Origin: an uncultured archaeon A07HR60
GTDB lineage: Archaea > Halobacteriota > Halobacteria > Halobacteriales > Haloferacaceae
Direction: 5' to 3'
DNA: 64,000 bases
Assembly (NCBI GenBank): GCA_000496235.1
Contig: KI543222.1
Coordinates: 26,942 to 90,941, forward strand
Positions 48,388 through 58,532 of the stretch are shown in pieces. A model generated the notes under the pieces. That model was not told where the DNA came from, searched no databases, and saw only the letters and a program-made list of their open reading frames with translations. Every line of letters starts with the position of its first letter. The first letter of the stretch is position 1. The translations under genes were made by a program, and so were the position numbers.

Positions 48388-49776
48388 ATGTCAGTACAAA
48401 CATCTTTTCTCGAGGAACTGCTCGACACAGATCAGATCTCCTACGGCGACTCGGAGCGAAAAGAGCGGTCGACTGACTGGGGGACCGACGAGGCCGACGG
48501 AGTGATGCCAGACGTCGTGGTCTGGCCGGAGTCGACGGCAGATGTCGCGGCAGTCGTGACGGCCGCGAACGAGCACGAAGTGCCAGTGACGCCGTACGCG
48601 GCCGGAACGAGTTTCGAGGGCAACGCAGTCCCCGTCGATAACGGAATCAGTTTAGACGTGTCCCGGATGGACGCAGTGCTCGAGGTTCGCCCCGATGATC
48701 TCCAGGTGGACGTACAGCCAGGGATCCTCGGTGACGATGTCAACGAGACAGTCGCTGAAGACGACCTCATGCTGCCCTCGCTCCCGGCTTCAGGGTCAAT
48801 TGCGACGATAGGCGGAATGATCGCCAACGACTCAAGCGGGACTAAGACGGTCAAATACGGTGAAGTCGCAGACTGGGTGCTCGAACTCGAAGTCGTCTTA
48901 CCGACCGGCGATGTTGTCACAGTCGGGAGTAAAGCAGCGAAAACGTCGGCTGGCTACAATCTGAAGAATCTCATCATCGGGAGTGAGGGAACTCTGGGAG
49001 TCGTCACTCGGGCGACGTTCAAGTTGACTCCCCGTCCGGAGCAGATCCACGGCGGGCGAGCAATGTTTGAGGATATTGACGCGGCGACCGCCGCTATCGC
49101 CGAGGTGATCCAGTCTGGCATCGATGTCGCCAAAATCGAGTTGATTGATGCGTTCAGCGCGAGAGTGTCGAACGAGTATCTTGATACGTCGCATCCAGAC
49201 GTACCGATGGTCTTCGTCGAATTTCACGCGGATCACAGCATCAGCCGAGAAGTCGAACGCTGTCGGACGGCGTTCGAGGATCACGGTGTCCGATCGTTCG
49301 ACGTGAGTGAGGCCGGCCCTGAGATGGACGAACTGTGGGAAGCACGTAGCAAACTTGGCAAAGCATTCGAACCATATGATCCTGATTTGTCATCATTAGC
49401 GGCTGGTGACATTACGGTCCCAATCAGTCGGTACCCAGAGATAATCGATTTCGCTAAGACGCTCAGTAACGAGCACGACATTCCAGTGGCCACGTTCGGC
49501 CACGCTGGCGATGGAAACGTGCACTATCATATTATGATTGATCCCGACGACCCAGCATCCGTCGCGACCGGTGAGACAATTGCAGAGCGTCTCGTTGAGC
49601 GCACGATCGAACTGGGCGGCACTTCGACTGGTGAACACGGCGTCGGGACCGGCAAGCGGGAATATCTTACTAACGAATATAATCCGGCCACGCTCGAGAC
49701 GATGCAGTCGATTAAACAGACACTCGACCCCAACGGCATACTCAACCCAGGGAAGATATTCGTTGACGAGACGTAG
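48388..49776 (+). CDS. FAD-linked oxidase, GlcD/D-lactate dehydrogenase family, copy 2
   Basis: 462 aa, collinear with copy 1. I count roughly 50 substitutions by eye. Confidence 0.8.
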   Translation: MSVQTSFLEELLDTDQISYGDSERKERSTDWGTDEADGVMPDVVVWPESTADVAAVVTAANEHEVPVTPYAAGTSFEGNAVPVDNGISLDVSRMDAVLEVRPDDLQVDVQPGILGDDVNETVAEDDLMLPSLPASGSIATIGGMIANDSSGTKTVKYGEVADWVLELEVVLPTGDVVTVGSKAAKTSAGYNLKNLIIGSEGTLGVVTRATFKLTPRPEQIHGGRAMFEDIDAATAAIAEVIQSGIDVAKIELIDAFSARVSNEYLDTSHPDVPMVFVEFHADHSISREVERCRTAFEDHGVRSFDVSEAGPEMDELWEARSKLGKAFEPYDPDLSSLAAGDITVPISRYPEIIDFAKTLSNEHDIPVATFGHAGDGNVHYHIMIDPDDPASVATGETIAERLVERTIELGGTSTGEHGVGTGKREYLTNEYNPATLETMQSIKQTLDPNGILNPGKIFVDET

Positions 49777-50054
49777 CTGTGACCCTCAGGCGCATTTTCT
49801 GAGAGACCCAACCGAGCAGTTAATTGGTGGTCACAATGGGGCTGAGACCCGCTGAAGCTGCGTATTCGGCAGTCACTGACCGCGACGGTCTGCTGGTCAC
49901 CGTCGACCGCTGTAGCTGGCACGGCTCGACACAAACCGATACGGTAGCCCGACGGATTACAGAGTTCGTTCCTCTCCATTCCGACTCGACCCGGGTGGCT
50001 CCAGGGTTCGGTGCCGGCGGTAAATTTAATCCCACAGCGAGGGCCAGTTAGACC

Positions 50055-51266
50055 ATGTCAGAGACGTCCGATGGCCCGTTGAATGGGCTGAGTGTCGTCG
50101 ATTTCTCGGGAATGATCAGCGGCGGATTTGCGACCATGACACTCGCGGATTTCGGTGCCGACGTCGTCAAAGTCGAACACCCGGAGTTCACAGACCCACT
50201 GCGCGACTGGGCGCCCACTGAGGGGGAGACGTCGCTGTGGTGGAAGTCGATCGGGCGGAACAAGCGGTGTGTGACCCTCGATCTCGACAGCGATGAGGGT
50301 CGCGAGTTGGCGTTGGGGTTGGTTGAGAAAGCCGACGTGGTCTTTGAGAACTTCCGGCCGGGAAAGATGGAAGAGTGGGGACTCGACTACGAGAAGCTCC
50401 GCGAGGTCAACGAGAGTGTCATTTTCGTTCGAATCTCCGGCTACGGACAGACCGGGCCCAAATCCGCAAAACCGGGATTTGGAACGGTCGCCGAGGGAGT
50501 CGCTGGGTGGGCACAGGTGAACGGGTTCCCGGACCAGGAACCGCTCTTACCGCCGATTAGCCTCGCAGACCTCGTCGCGGCACTGTATGCCGTCCAATCG
50601 ACAATGTTCGCGGTGTTTGAGCGAGACATCGGCGCCGGCGCCAGCGGCGAAGGACAGGTGATCGATGTTAGTCTCTACGAGCCACTGTTCAGACTGTTCG
50701 TTGGCGATGTCGAAGCCTACCACAAGACCGGGGCGGTTCCCGAGCGGACCGGGAACCGGCACCCGAACGCATCCCCACGGGGTGTCTTCGAGACCACCGA
50801 CGGTCACGTGACGCTGTCAGCCTCGACACAGCCGGTGTTTGAGCGCGTCATGGCCGCGATCGATCGCGAGAGCCTGATTTCAGATGAGCGCTTTTCAACC
50901 AATGAAAAGCGCGTGGAAAACGCCGCTGCGATCGAAGAGATCATCGAAGAGTGGACCCGCCAGCAGACCACCGACGAGGCGATTGCGATTCTAGAACAGC
51001 ACGACGCAGTCGCTGGGCCGGTGCACAATCTGACGGAGATCCTCGAAGACGAACAGTTCCAGGCGCGAGACAACGTCGTGGAGATTGACGATCAAGATGT
51101 TGGGACGCTGAAAACGCCCAACGTCGTGCCGAAGTTCTCCCGGACGCCCGGCAGTGTCGACCACGCGGGACCGCGCCACGGTGAACATACCGCGGCAGTG
51201 TTTCGTGAGAAGCTTGGAGTGACCGACGAGGAGCTCGCAGCACTCAGACAGCGAGGGATCATCTGA
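50055..51266 (+). CDS. class III CoA-transferase (CaiB/BaiF family)
   Basis: LSVVDFSGMISGGFATMTLADFGADVVKVEHP. Confidence 0.8.
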   Translation: MSETSDGPLNGLSVVDFSGMISGGFATMTLADFGADVVKVEHPEFTDPLRDWAPTEGETSLWWKSIGRNKRCVTLDLDSDEGRELALGLVEKADVVFENFRPGKMEEWGLDYEKLREVNESVIFVRISGYGQTGPKSAKPGFGTVAEGVAGWAQVNGFPDQEPLLPPISLADLVAALYAVQSTMFAVFERDIGAGASGEGQVIDVSLYEPLFRLFVGDVEAYHKTGAVPERTGNRHPNASPRGVFETTDGHVTLSASTQPVFERVMAAIDRESLISDERFSTNEKRVENAAAIEEIIEEWTRQQTTDEAIAILEQHDAVAGPVHNLTEILEDEQFQARDNVVEIDDQDVGTLKTPNVVPKFSRTPGSVDHAGPRHGEHTAAVFREKLGVTDEELAALRQRGII

Positions 51267-52357
51267 TGCAGCTGACGGATGTCACGCTTCGTGAGGGCGG
51301 GCAACTGCCGGGGCGGTCTTACTCGGCCGACCAGAAGGTCGCTGCCGGATTACAACTGGACCAGCTCGGGGTGTCGAGTATCCAAGTGGGATTCCCGGTG
51401 ACGGGGCAGCGAGACGTGACGGCAACGCGGCGGCTGGCGGGGCAAACTGACGCAGCGGTGGAAGGGATTGCCCGCGCGCTCCCCGGCGATATCGACGCTA
51501 TCGTTGACGCGGACGCCGACCGTGTCGATGTCTTCGCTCCACTGTCGACGGCTCACCTCGACACGGTGATGCAGACTTCCTACCCGGAGATGCTCGATCA
51601 GCTAGAGGTGGCTATCGACCACGCCCGCGATCACGGTCTCCCGATGACGCTCACACTGATGGACGGGTTCCGGACCGATCCGGCCCGACTAATCGAGGCC
51701 TTCGAGAGGTTTGATTACCCCGAACATCTCGGGATTGCCGACACTGTCGGGTCGGAGACGCCGCGGGAAGTCCGACGAACGCTCGACACGCTATCGACCG
51801 CTGGGGTGGATCTCACACGGGTGGGCGTGCACTTCCACGAGGATCTCGGCCTTGCCACGGCAAACACGCTCGCTGCGGGGCGGGCTGGCGTCGGAAAAGC
51901 AGACGTGAGTGTGGCGAGTCTCGGTGAGCGGGCTGGGAACGCTGCGTTAGAAGAAGTGGCCGTCTCCGACATCATCACGGACGGGAACCTCGTCGAGACA
52001 GCGTCGTCAGATATAATCCCGGTTTGTGAGGCCGCGTTAGCCATCCTCGATGAGAAGATCGACCCCCGGAAGCCGATTCTTGGAGCCGACGTTACTCGCC
52101 ACGAGGCTGGAATCCACACGGCCGCGATGCTCGATGAGCCACGTGTGTTCGAGCCGTTCGACCCGGCCACATTCGGCGGGCGTCGAGAACTAGTGTTTGG
52201 CGAGGGGACTGGCCGGGGTGGTGCTCGGAAACTCCTCGAACAAGCCGATACCGACCCCTCCAACGACAACATCACCCAGCTTCTTGACCGTCTCGCCCGC
52301 GACGGCCCAGTCGACCACGTCGAGGCCCAGGCGATAGCCGAGAGGCTCGGCCAATAG
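51266..52357 (+). CDS. HMGL-like (pyruvate carboxyltransferase/LeuA-CimA-type aldolase) domain protein lacking a regulatory domain
   Basis: DVTLREGGQ, HFHEDLGLATANTLAA. Start overlaps the preceding stop (TGATG). Confidence 0.65.
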   Translation: MQLTDVTLREGGQLPGRSYSADQKVAAGLQLDQLGVSSIQVGFPVTGQRDVTATRRLAGQTDAAVEGIARALPGDIDAIVDADADRVDVFAPLSTAHLDTVMQTSYPEMLDQLEVAIDHARDHGLPMTLTLMDGFRTDPARLIEAFERFDYPEHLGIADTVGSETPREVRRTLDTLSTAGVDLTRVGVHFHEDLGLATANTLAAGRAGVGKADVSVASLGERAGNAALEEVAVSDIITDGNLVETASSDIIPVCEAALAILDEKIDPRKPILGADVTRHEAGIHTAAMLDEPRVFEPFDPATFGGRRELVFGEGTGRGGARKLLEQADTDPSNDNITQLLDRLARDGPVDHVEAQAIAERLGQ

Positions 52358-52677
52358 AAGAACTGAACCCGAGAGAGTCAAGACGAGTGAAATGAGAGAC
52401 CATACCTCCTCCAACGTATCGCCACCCACTACCCAGCTCACAGACGCCGGACTCAGATACCCCGATTAGCCGTCTCGGTGGGCGACCATCTGTCGACATC
52501 AATCGGGACTGGAAATCGTGGGTACGCTCACACTCAGAGTGACGCAGATATCTGCTGATTTAAGAGCACTGACAGGCTTCTCCGGCTAGAGTCGGAGTCC
52601 CACCAGCGAAGCACGTGTTCCGAGTCAAGGTCGGATTCAGATTCAGACCCACACTAAACGCAGAATCAGTCGGAAAC

Positions 52678-54045
52678 TCAGAGGTCGACGGTTCCGACCC
52701 CATTGCTGTATTCGATATCGGTGTCGAACCGAGCGGAAAGTTCGTCGACATGGTTGATGATTCGCTGGGCGCGGTCACCAGTCGCTCGGGTGGGTGTGCC
52801 CGTGTACACCGTCGGTGAGGCGCGGAGATACCCTGGGTGGATCGTGACCCGTGCAAGATCGAATTCGTCGTCGAATTCACAGACAGGGACCAGAGTACCG
52901 AGCACGTCGCCAGAGAAGTAGCCCTGAGCTGGGCTTTCGACGGCTCCGCCATAGTCAGCATCAGAGTCGTCAGCATCCTCGTCGAACATACTGGAAATAC
53001 CCCGCTCGGCGAGCACCTGCCCCGGAGCGGCGTCTGCCGAGTGGCCATCGAACCCGTCACTGTAGCGGTCGTAAAACTCGGCCGGAAGCCGCCGCGTAGT
53101 GTCGCTCATCATGAAGAAATCACCTGGGTCGTGCAACACGATCCCACCGCCGTACCGGTCGATCCCACGTAACGGCGTGTGGGACCCCTGGCATAGAACG
53201 ACATCTGCCCCGGCGTCAATACAGTCGCGGGTGAACGCGGGCAGAAACGGCGCCGGGTCACTCAGATCTCCGTCAGTGTCCCACTCGTGTGTGTGGACGT
53301 GCGCGACGGTGATGTCGGCTTGTCGGTCCGCCTCCGCGACTGCCCGCAGGTTACCCTGGCGGTCGGTCGAGTCCAGAACCGGTCGCACCCCGGGCTGTTC
53401 TGAGGCCGTCACGTTGAACACGGTGTTGTGGAGTCCCGGGGGATTGAAGCGATAGCCGTCATCGGTCGGCGTCACCCACTGCCCCATCGCCGCCGCGAGG
53501 CTGCGGTACTGATCGAGTGCGTCCGGTCCCATCTCGAAGTGGTATCCCAGCGGATTGACGCCTGGACGTCCTCCGTGGTCACGACGCGCCCGTCCGGCGC
53601 GGCTCCACGGCGTGAACGAGGTCGTCATCGATACGCACGCGACCCGACCGCCACTCGCTTCCCGGTACACGGGGCCGCGTGCGTCCGCAAGGGTTCGACC
53701 GGTCCCGGTGAAGTCGATATCCTGGTTTTCTAATGCTGCCCACGTAGACGCTAACCCGCCGTACCCGTAATCGAGTGCGTGGTTGGACGCGTGCGACACC
53801 ATCTCAAAGCCGGCCCACGCGAATTCTTCCGCGATTCGTGGCTGTGCGCTCATCCAGGTCCCGCCCGCCTCCGCGGCCGGATAGGCGTGGTCGTCGGCCT
53901 CGTCCAGGAGGTTCATTTCAAGATGGGTGAATCCGATATCAGCCGCGCGGATCTCGTCAATCAGCGAGAGGAATCCCTCGTCATCACAGGCGGAAATACG
54001 CCGATTGACGATGGAATCCCCGGAGAGTGCGACAGTTAGCGTCAT
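52678..54045 (-). CDS. CapA family (PGA_cap metallophosphatase-like) protein
   Basis: LTVALSGDSIV, FEMVSHASNHALDYG, DITVAHVHTHEW. Start moved to MTLTVAL. Confidence 0.65.
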   Translation of the reverse strand: MTLTVALSGDSIVNRRISACDDEGFLSLIDEIRAADIGFTHLEMNLLDEADDHAYPAAEAGGTWMSAQPRIAEEFAWAGFEMVSHASNHALDYGYGGLASTWAALENQDIDFTGTGRTLADARGPVYREASGGRVACVSMTTSFTPWSRAGRARRDHGGRPGVNPLGYHFEMGPDALDQYRSLAAAMGQWVTPTDDGYRFNPPGLHNTVFNVTASEQPGVRPVLDSTDRQGNLRAVAEADRQADITVAHVHTHEWDTDGDLSDPAPFLPAFTRDCIDAGADVVLCQGSHTPLRGIDRYGGGIVLHDPGDFFMMSDTTRRLPAEFYDRYSDGFDGHSADAAPGQVLAERGISSMFDEDADDSDADYGGAVESPAQGYFSGDVLGTLVPVCEFDDEFDLARVTIHPGYLRASPTVYTGTPTRATGDRAQRIINHVDELSARFDTDIEYSNGVGTVDL

Positions 54046-54211
54046 AAAATCACCATGGTTGTAGATAGTATAAATTTCACACCCTTTCTGAGCAAGTGTC
54101 AGCGGTCTCGACACCGGGAGTCAACTCCAGCAATGCCACCAATCTGCAGGAGCGAGCGACCTCCTGGTCGATCCACAGAGGACGTGAAATGCGGTCCTGA
54201 GAGGCTAGCGC

Positions 54212-55432
54212 TCAGCCGACGATATCCTGGTCGCGAAGCCGCTCGATTTCGGCCGGGTCGTACCCGTGACGTTTGAGGAGTGCGTCGGTGCTCTCGCCGA
54301 CTTGCTGTGGGGCCACCGCCAGTTCGGTGGTTAGCTCAGTGAAATTGACGGGATGGTCGATTACTTCTGCATCCTGGCGGCCCTCACGCTCCATGGTCTG
54401 TCGGAGTTGCCGTTGGCGGACGTGGTCGTCTTCCCAGACGGAGACTGTATCGTGGATCGGGCCCGCAGGGACATCGTGTGCCTGGAGGAGATCCAGCCAC
54501 TCGTCGATCGGGTGCTCGCCGAAGACTGCCTCGAGTTCCTCAGTCAAAGCGTCGACGTGTTCCACACGATCGGCTAATTCCTCAAACCGCTCGTCGGCCA
54601 TCAGGTCGGGGCGATCAATCGCCGCACAGAGGTTTGCCCACAGAGAATCCGTCGCCGCGGCCACCACCATCCGCTCGTCAGCGCATTCAAACACCCCGAA
54701 TGGCGCAATCGAGGGGTGACGGACCCCACCCCGGGGGAACGGTTCGTCCAGGCCAAACGAGTGGCCAGCCCGCGAAGTCAGCCAACTGATGAGCGCATCG
54801 AGCATCGGTACTTCGATCCACTCGCCGTCGATGCGGCCGCGCTCGCGTGCAAACAGTGTCGCCAGGACACTCTGCGCGGCGTACATTCCCGCGGTGAGGT
54901 CACCGCTCGGCAGCCCCGACCAGAGTGGGGGGCCGTCGGACTCGCCCGTCATGGACATCACCCCGCTCATCGCTTGGATCAGCATATCCCAGGCTGGGAC
55001 TTCTCTGTAAGGGCTGTCGTGCCCGAAGCCCGCAATCGAGCAGTAGATAATCTCTGGATTCGTCTCCGAGACTGACTCGTAACTGAGGTCATACGTTGCC
55101 GGTCGCCCGAATTTGGTACTCTCGATGAAGACGTCAGCGTCTGCGAGCAGTCGGTGGGCGAACTCCTGGCCATCCTCACTCTTGAGATCAATCGCAACGC
55201 TCCGCTTGTTCCGATTGACAGCATCAAAATACGTCGGTGACGGTCTGAATGATCGGCTCCGATCGCCCCGCCCGACTGGCTCGATTTTGATTACCTCTGC
55301 GCCCATATCGCCGAGCATCATCGTCGCGAACGGCCCCGCGAGAACCTGCGTGAGATCGACTACAGTCACACCCTTCAGTGGGAGGACACCCGAGTCTGCA
55401 TTCACTGGATTCACCACGCGACCACCCCACAC
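54212..55432 (-). CDS. class III CoA-transferase (CaiB/BaiF family), second copy
   Basis: VTVVDLTQVLAGPFATMMLGDMGAEVIKIEP. Exact start uncertain. Confidence 0.8.
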   Translation of the reverse strand: MWGGRVVNPVNADSGVLPLKGVTVVDLTQVLAGPFATMMLGDMGAEVIKIEPVGRGDRSRSFRPSPTYFDAVNRNKRSVAIDLKSEDGQEFAHRLLADADVFIESTKFGRPATYDLSYESVSETNPEIIYCSIAGFGHDSPYREVPAWDMLIQAMSGVMSMTGESDGPPLWSGLPSGDLTAGMYAAQSVLATLFARERGRIDGEWIEVPMLDALISWLTSRAGHSFGLDEPFPRGGVRHPSIAPFGVFECADERMVVAAATDSLWANLCAAIDRPDLMADERFEELADRVEHVDALTEELEAVFGEHPIDEWLDLLQAHDVPAGPIHDTVSVWEDDHVRQRQLRQTMEREGRQDAEVIDHPVNFTELTTELAVAPQQVGESTDALLKRHGYDPAEIERLRDQDIVG

Positions 55433-55617
55433 GGCCGCGCGATAATCTCTCTATCATCACGACTCCAGTGGACGGCCGTGGCACCGTCACACTCGTCGAC
55501 GGCCACGCCCAGAAGGGCCTCACCATGCGGGACGGTCAGGGGGCGGGCGATGCGACTCTGCAGGGCCGCGTCGGCAATCACTCGTATAATCGCGCCGTTT
55601 TGTCGGTCGTGTGTCAT
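55411..55617 (-). CDS. small hypothetical protein overlapping the CoA-transferase start
   Basis: 68-aa ORF bounded by an upstream stop. No motif recognised. Confidence 0.25.
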   Translation of the reverse strand: MTHDRQNGAIIRVIADAALQSRIARPLTVPHGEALLGVAVDECDGATAVHWSRDDREIIARPCGVVAW

Positions 55618-56060
55618 ACTATCTTATCGGCAGAACAGAACCTAAGGGTTCGGGCAGCCCCGGCCCACGGAAGTGGCATCTCCGGTCTAACCGCGGAGTT
55701 CCGCGTGATTAGGGCCCAGTCTGCCCGGCTGGCGGTATTCGGTAGAGTAAACACAGTCGAAGACAGGGCTCAGACCGGGCCAAACGAGGACTGTCTGTGG
55801 GCGGACGGACAGACAATACCCGCTCAATCGGTGGATTAATTCACTCCGTTTGCAGTGGTTGCTAACTGCCGCGGTCGTGCGGGGTGAACATAGCTTACAG
55901 GCTGAGCAGAGCGAGTGTCTCGGGGCTTGACCACAGGATGATTCACAGGTGGATTTGTCCCGCCGGTCGATAGTAGTGCGAGCTGTTCGGTCAGAACGCT
56001 CAGGATGACCGTTTCCGGGGGGACCGCGGATTTCAAGTGACGAGCCGGCTTATATTACGT

Positions 56061-58361
56061 ATGAGTGACGGGGCCGACATCAGACAACTAGACGATGACA
56101 CTATCCGGCGGATCGCCGCCGGCGAGGTGGTTGAGCGGCCCGCTTCGGTGGTCAAGGAACTCGTCGAGAACAGTCTTGACGCAGGAGCGTCGCGTATCGA
56201 AGTGGAAGTCGAGCGAGGAGGAATCGATGGGATTCGGGTCTCGGATGACGGCTCCGGAATCGCTCCGGAGTCACTGCAACTGGCCGTCGGGGAACACGCC
56301 ACCTCAAAAATCGAGGATATCGAGGATTTAGAGGCTGGTGTCGGGACTCTCGGATTCCGCGGGGAAGCGCTCCACACGGTCGGTGCCGTCTCCCGGCTCA
56401 CGATCCGGTCGAAACCTGCGGCAGGAAGCGAGCCCGGTCACGAGATAACCGTCGACGGCGGAGAAATTGGCACCGCAGAGCCGACCGGATGCCCGACCGG
56501 AACCACCGTCGCGGTCGATGACTTGTTCTACAACACACCCGCACGTCGGAAGTTCCTGAAGACCGAAACGACAGAGTTCGACCACGTCAACACCGTCGTT
56601 ACACAGTACGCACTGGCCAACCCCGACGTGGCAGTGTCACTTACTCACGACGGCCGGGAGACGTTCGCCACCGAGGGGACAGGTGAGTTGCGATCCGCGG
56701 TGCTGGCGGTGTACGGACGAGAAGTTGCAGAGGCGATGATCGAGATCGATGTCGTGCCGGAGGGCCCGGTCGACCGGGTGCGGGGTCTGATTTCGCATCC
56801 CGAGACGACCCGCGCAGGGCGTGAGTATCTTGCAACGTTCGTCAACGACCGCTACGTCACGGCTTCGGTACTTAGGGAAGCCGTAGTCGACGCATACGGT
56901 AACCAGTTAGCACCCGACCGATACCCGTTCGCCGTGCTGTTCGTCGACGTTCCACCTGCGGCCGTCGACGTCAACGTCCACCCGCGGAAGATGGAGGTGC
57001 GTTTCGACGCGGAAGTCGAGGTCCAATCTGCGGTACAAAGTGCTGTCCACGACGGGCTGATGGACCACGGTCTCCTCCGATCAACGGCTCCGAGAGGCCG
57101 CTCGGCACCCGATGAAGTTGATCTGTCGACAGCTGCCTCTCAGCAATCGGACGAGAGAGAACCCGACGCACAGTCGGCCGACGACTCGGCTACCGAGCAG
57201 TCAGGATCGGGCGTTACGAGGGAAGCGGCTGAGTCGCCCTCCAGAGCAGACTCCGACGTGACTGACGACCTCCCTAGTGGCGATGGGGCGAATCCCGATC
57301 ACCCCGATTCACCCGATCCAGAGGCGCCCTCAGGTGATGGTGACCCCGTATCGCTGGATGCCGAGACGGTAGATCCAGACGACGAACGAGCGTGGACCGT
57401 CGAGGGCATCGGTGGCGATACGGATGTGCCTGGAGGAAACGGCGTCACCGAGTCCGACGAGAACAGGATTAGCGAAACCAGCAGCTCTGACATGCCTGGG
57501 ACGGCTGACAGAACAGCACCCACCGGCGCGACCGAGGAGAATGGTGAAACGCCGGCTACCGGAACCGGGGGAGAGCTGAACACACCGACTGATACACGGA
57601 GTGAAATCAACACACCGGTGACCGGCTCCGAGAACGACGTCGGGGCTGACCCGCTCGGGACGGACTCCCGAGACACAGGAACGGTCAGTCACGTGACCGA
57701 TCAGGAAACGCTCACCGGCGAGACCACGACCGCCGAGCGTGCCTTCGAGCGACTTCCCTCGCTTCGCCTATTAGGCCAGTTCCAGGACACGTACATCGTC
57801 GCGGAAGCGCCAGAGGGACTCGTCCTGATCGACCAGCACGCAGCCGACGAGCGGGTCGCCTACGAGCGGCTTCGTGAGCAATTTAGCGATGGCACCACCA
57901 CCCAGACCCTTGCGAGCCCGATCACAATTGAACTGACGGCCCGAGAGGCCGCGCTGTTCGATGAGTACGTCGAAGCACTCGAGCGTCTCGGGTTCCAGGC
58001 GTCACGCGCGGACCAGCAGTCAGTCCAGGTTGAGGCCGTTCCGGCCGTCTTCGAGACAGCTCTGGACCCAGAGCTTCTCCGGGACGCTCTCTCAGCGTTC
58101 GTCCGAGACGGAGACGACGCCCCGGAGACTGTCGATGGCGCTGCCGACGATTTACTCGCTGACTTAGCGTGTTACCCGGCCGTCACCGGTAATACGTCGC
58201 TCACGGAGGGGTCGGTAGTCGAACTGCTCGAAACGCTCGATGACTGTGAGAACCCCTACGCCTGTCCGCACGGTCGACCGGTGATTATCGAATTCGACCA
58301 GGACGAACTTGCAGACCGATTCGAACGCGATTATCCCGGTCACGCTGGTCGCCGGCGGTGA
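56061..58361 (+). CDS. mutL: DNA mismatch repair protein MutL with a long acidic low-complexity linker
   Basis: IRRIAAGEVVERPASVVKELVENSLDAGA, GFRGEAL, C-terminal QHAADERV...CPHGRP. Confidence 0.9.
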   Translation: MSDGADIRQLDDDTIRRIAAGEVVERPASVVKELVENSLDAGASRIEVEVERGGIDGIRVSDDGSGIAPESLQLAVGEHATSKIEDIEDLEAGVGTLGFRGEALHTVGAVSRLTIRSKPAAGSEPGHEITVDGGEIGTAEPTGCPTGTTVAVDDLFYNTPARRKFLKTETTEFDHVNTVVTQYALANPDVAVSLTHDGRETFATEGTGELRSAVLAVYGREVAEAMIEIDVVPEGPVDRVRGLISHPETTRAGREYLATFVNDRYVTASVLREAVVDAYGNQLAPDRYPFAVLFVDVPPAAVDVNVHPRKMEVRFDAEVEVQSAVQSAVHDGLMDHGLLRSTAPRGRSAPDEVDLSTAASQQSDEREPDAQSADDSATEQSGSGVTREAAESPSRADSDVTDDLPSGDGANPDHPDSPDPEAPSGDGDPVSLDAETVDPDDERAWTVEGIGGDTDVPGGNGVTESDENRISETSSSDMPGTADRTAPTGATEENGETPATGTGGELNTPTDTRSEINTPVTGSENDVGADPLGTDSRDTGTVSHVTDQETLTGETTTAERAFERLPSLRLLGQFQDTYIVAEAPEGLVLIDQHAADERVAYERLREQFSDGTTTQTLASPITIELTAREAALFDEYVEALERLGFQASRADQQSVQVEAVPAVFETALDPELLRDALSAFVRDGDDAPETVDGAADDLLADLACYPAVTGNTSLTEGSVVELLETLDDCENPYACPHGRPVIIEFDQDELADRFERDYPGHAGRRR

Positions 58362-58532
58362 GTTCGGCTCACCGGACCCGGCGTGTCCAGACACAGCGGC
58401 GATTTCACGCTGCCTCTCGTCAGGCGAGAAACTGGCGTTACCGGCACGAGACGGCACACTCAGTGTTGGGGCGTTCTAGCTTTTGACAAGCAAGCGACCA
58501 ACATTTACCCTCATCCAGTCCGTATTAATTGT

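Larger units (their letters stand above)
48034..49901 (+). repeat. tandem duplication unit 2
   Basis: Begins with a relic of the DUF418 3' end and ends where similarity to the unit-1 tail stops. Confidence 0.85.

Noticed and set aside
55638-55651. Perfect palindrome GAACC-TAAG-GGTTC upstream of the minus-strand CoA-transferase unit.
   Set aside because: It is a single occurrence and overlaps the expected TATA position, so I cannot distinguish an operator from chance. It is mentioned under the metabolic cluster instead.
56061-58361. mutL without an adjacent mutS as a sign of an orphan or degenerate mismatch-repair system.
   Set aside because: mutS may lie outside the window or elsewhere in the genome. 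The MutL ATPase and endonuclease motifs look intact.
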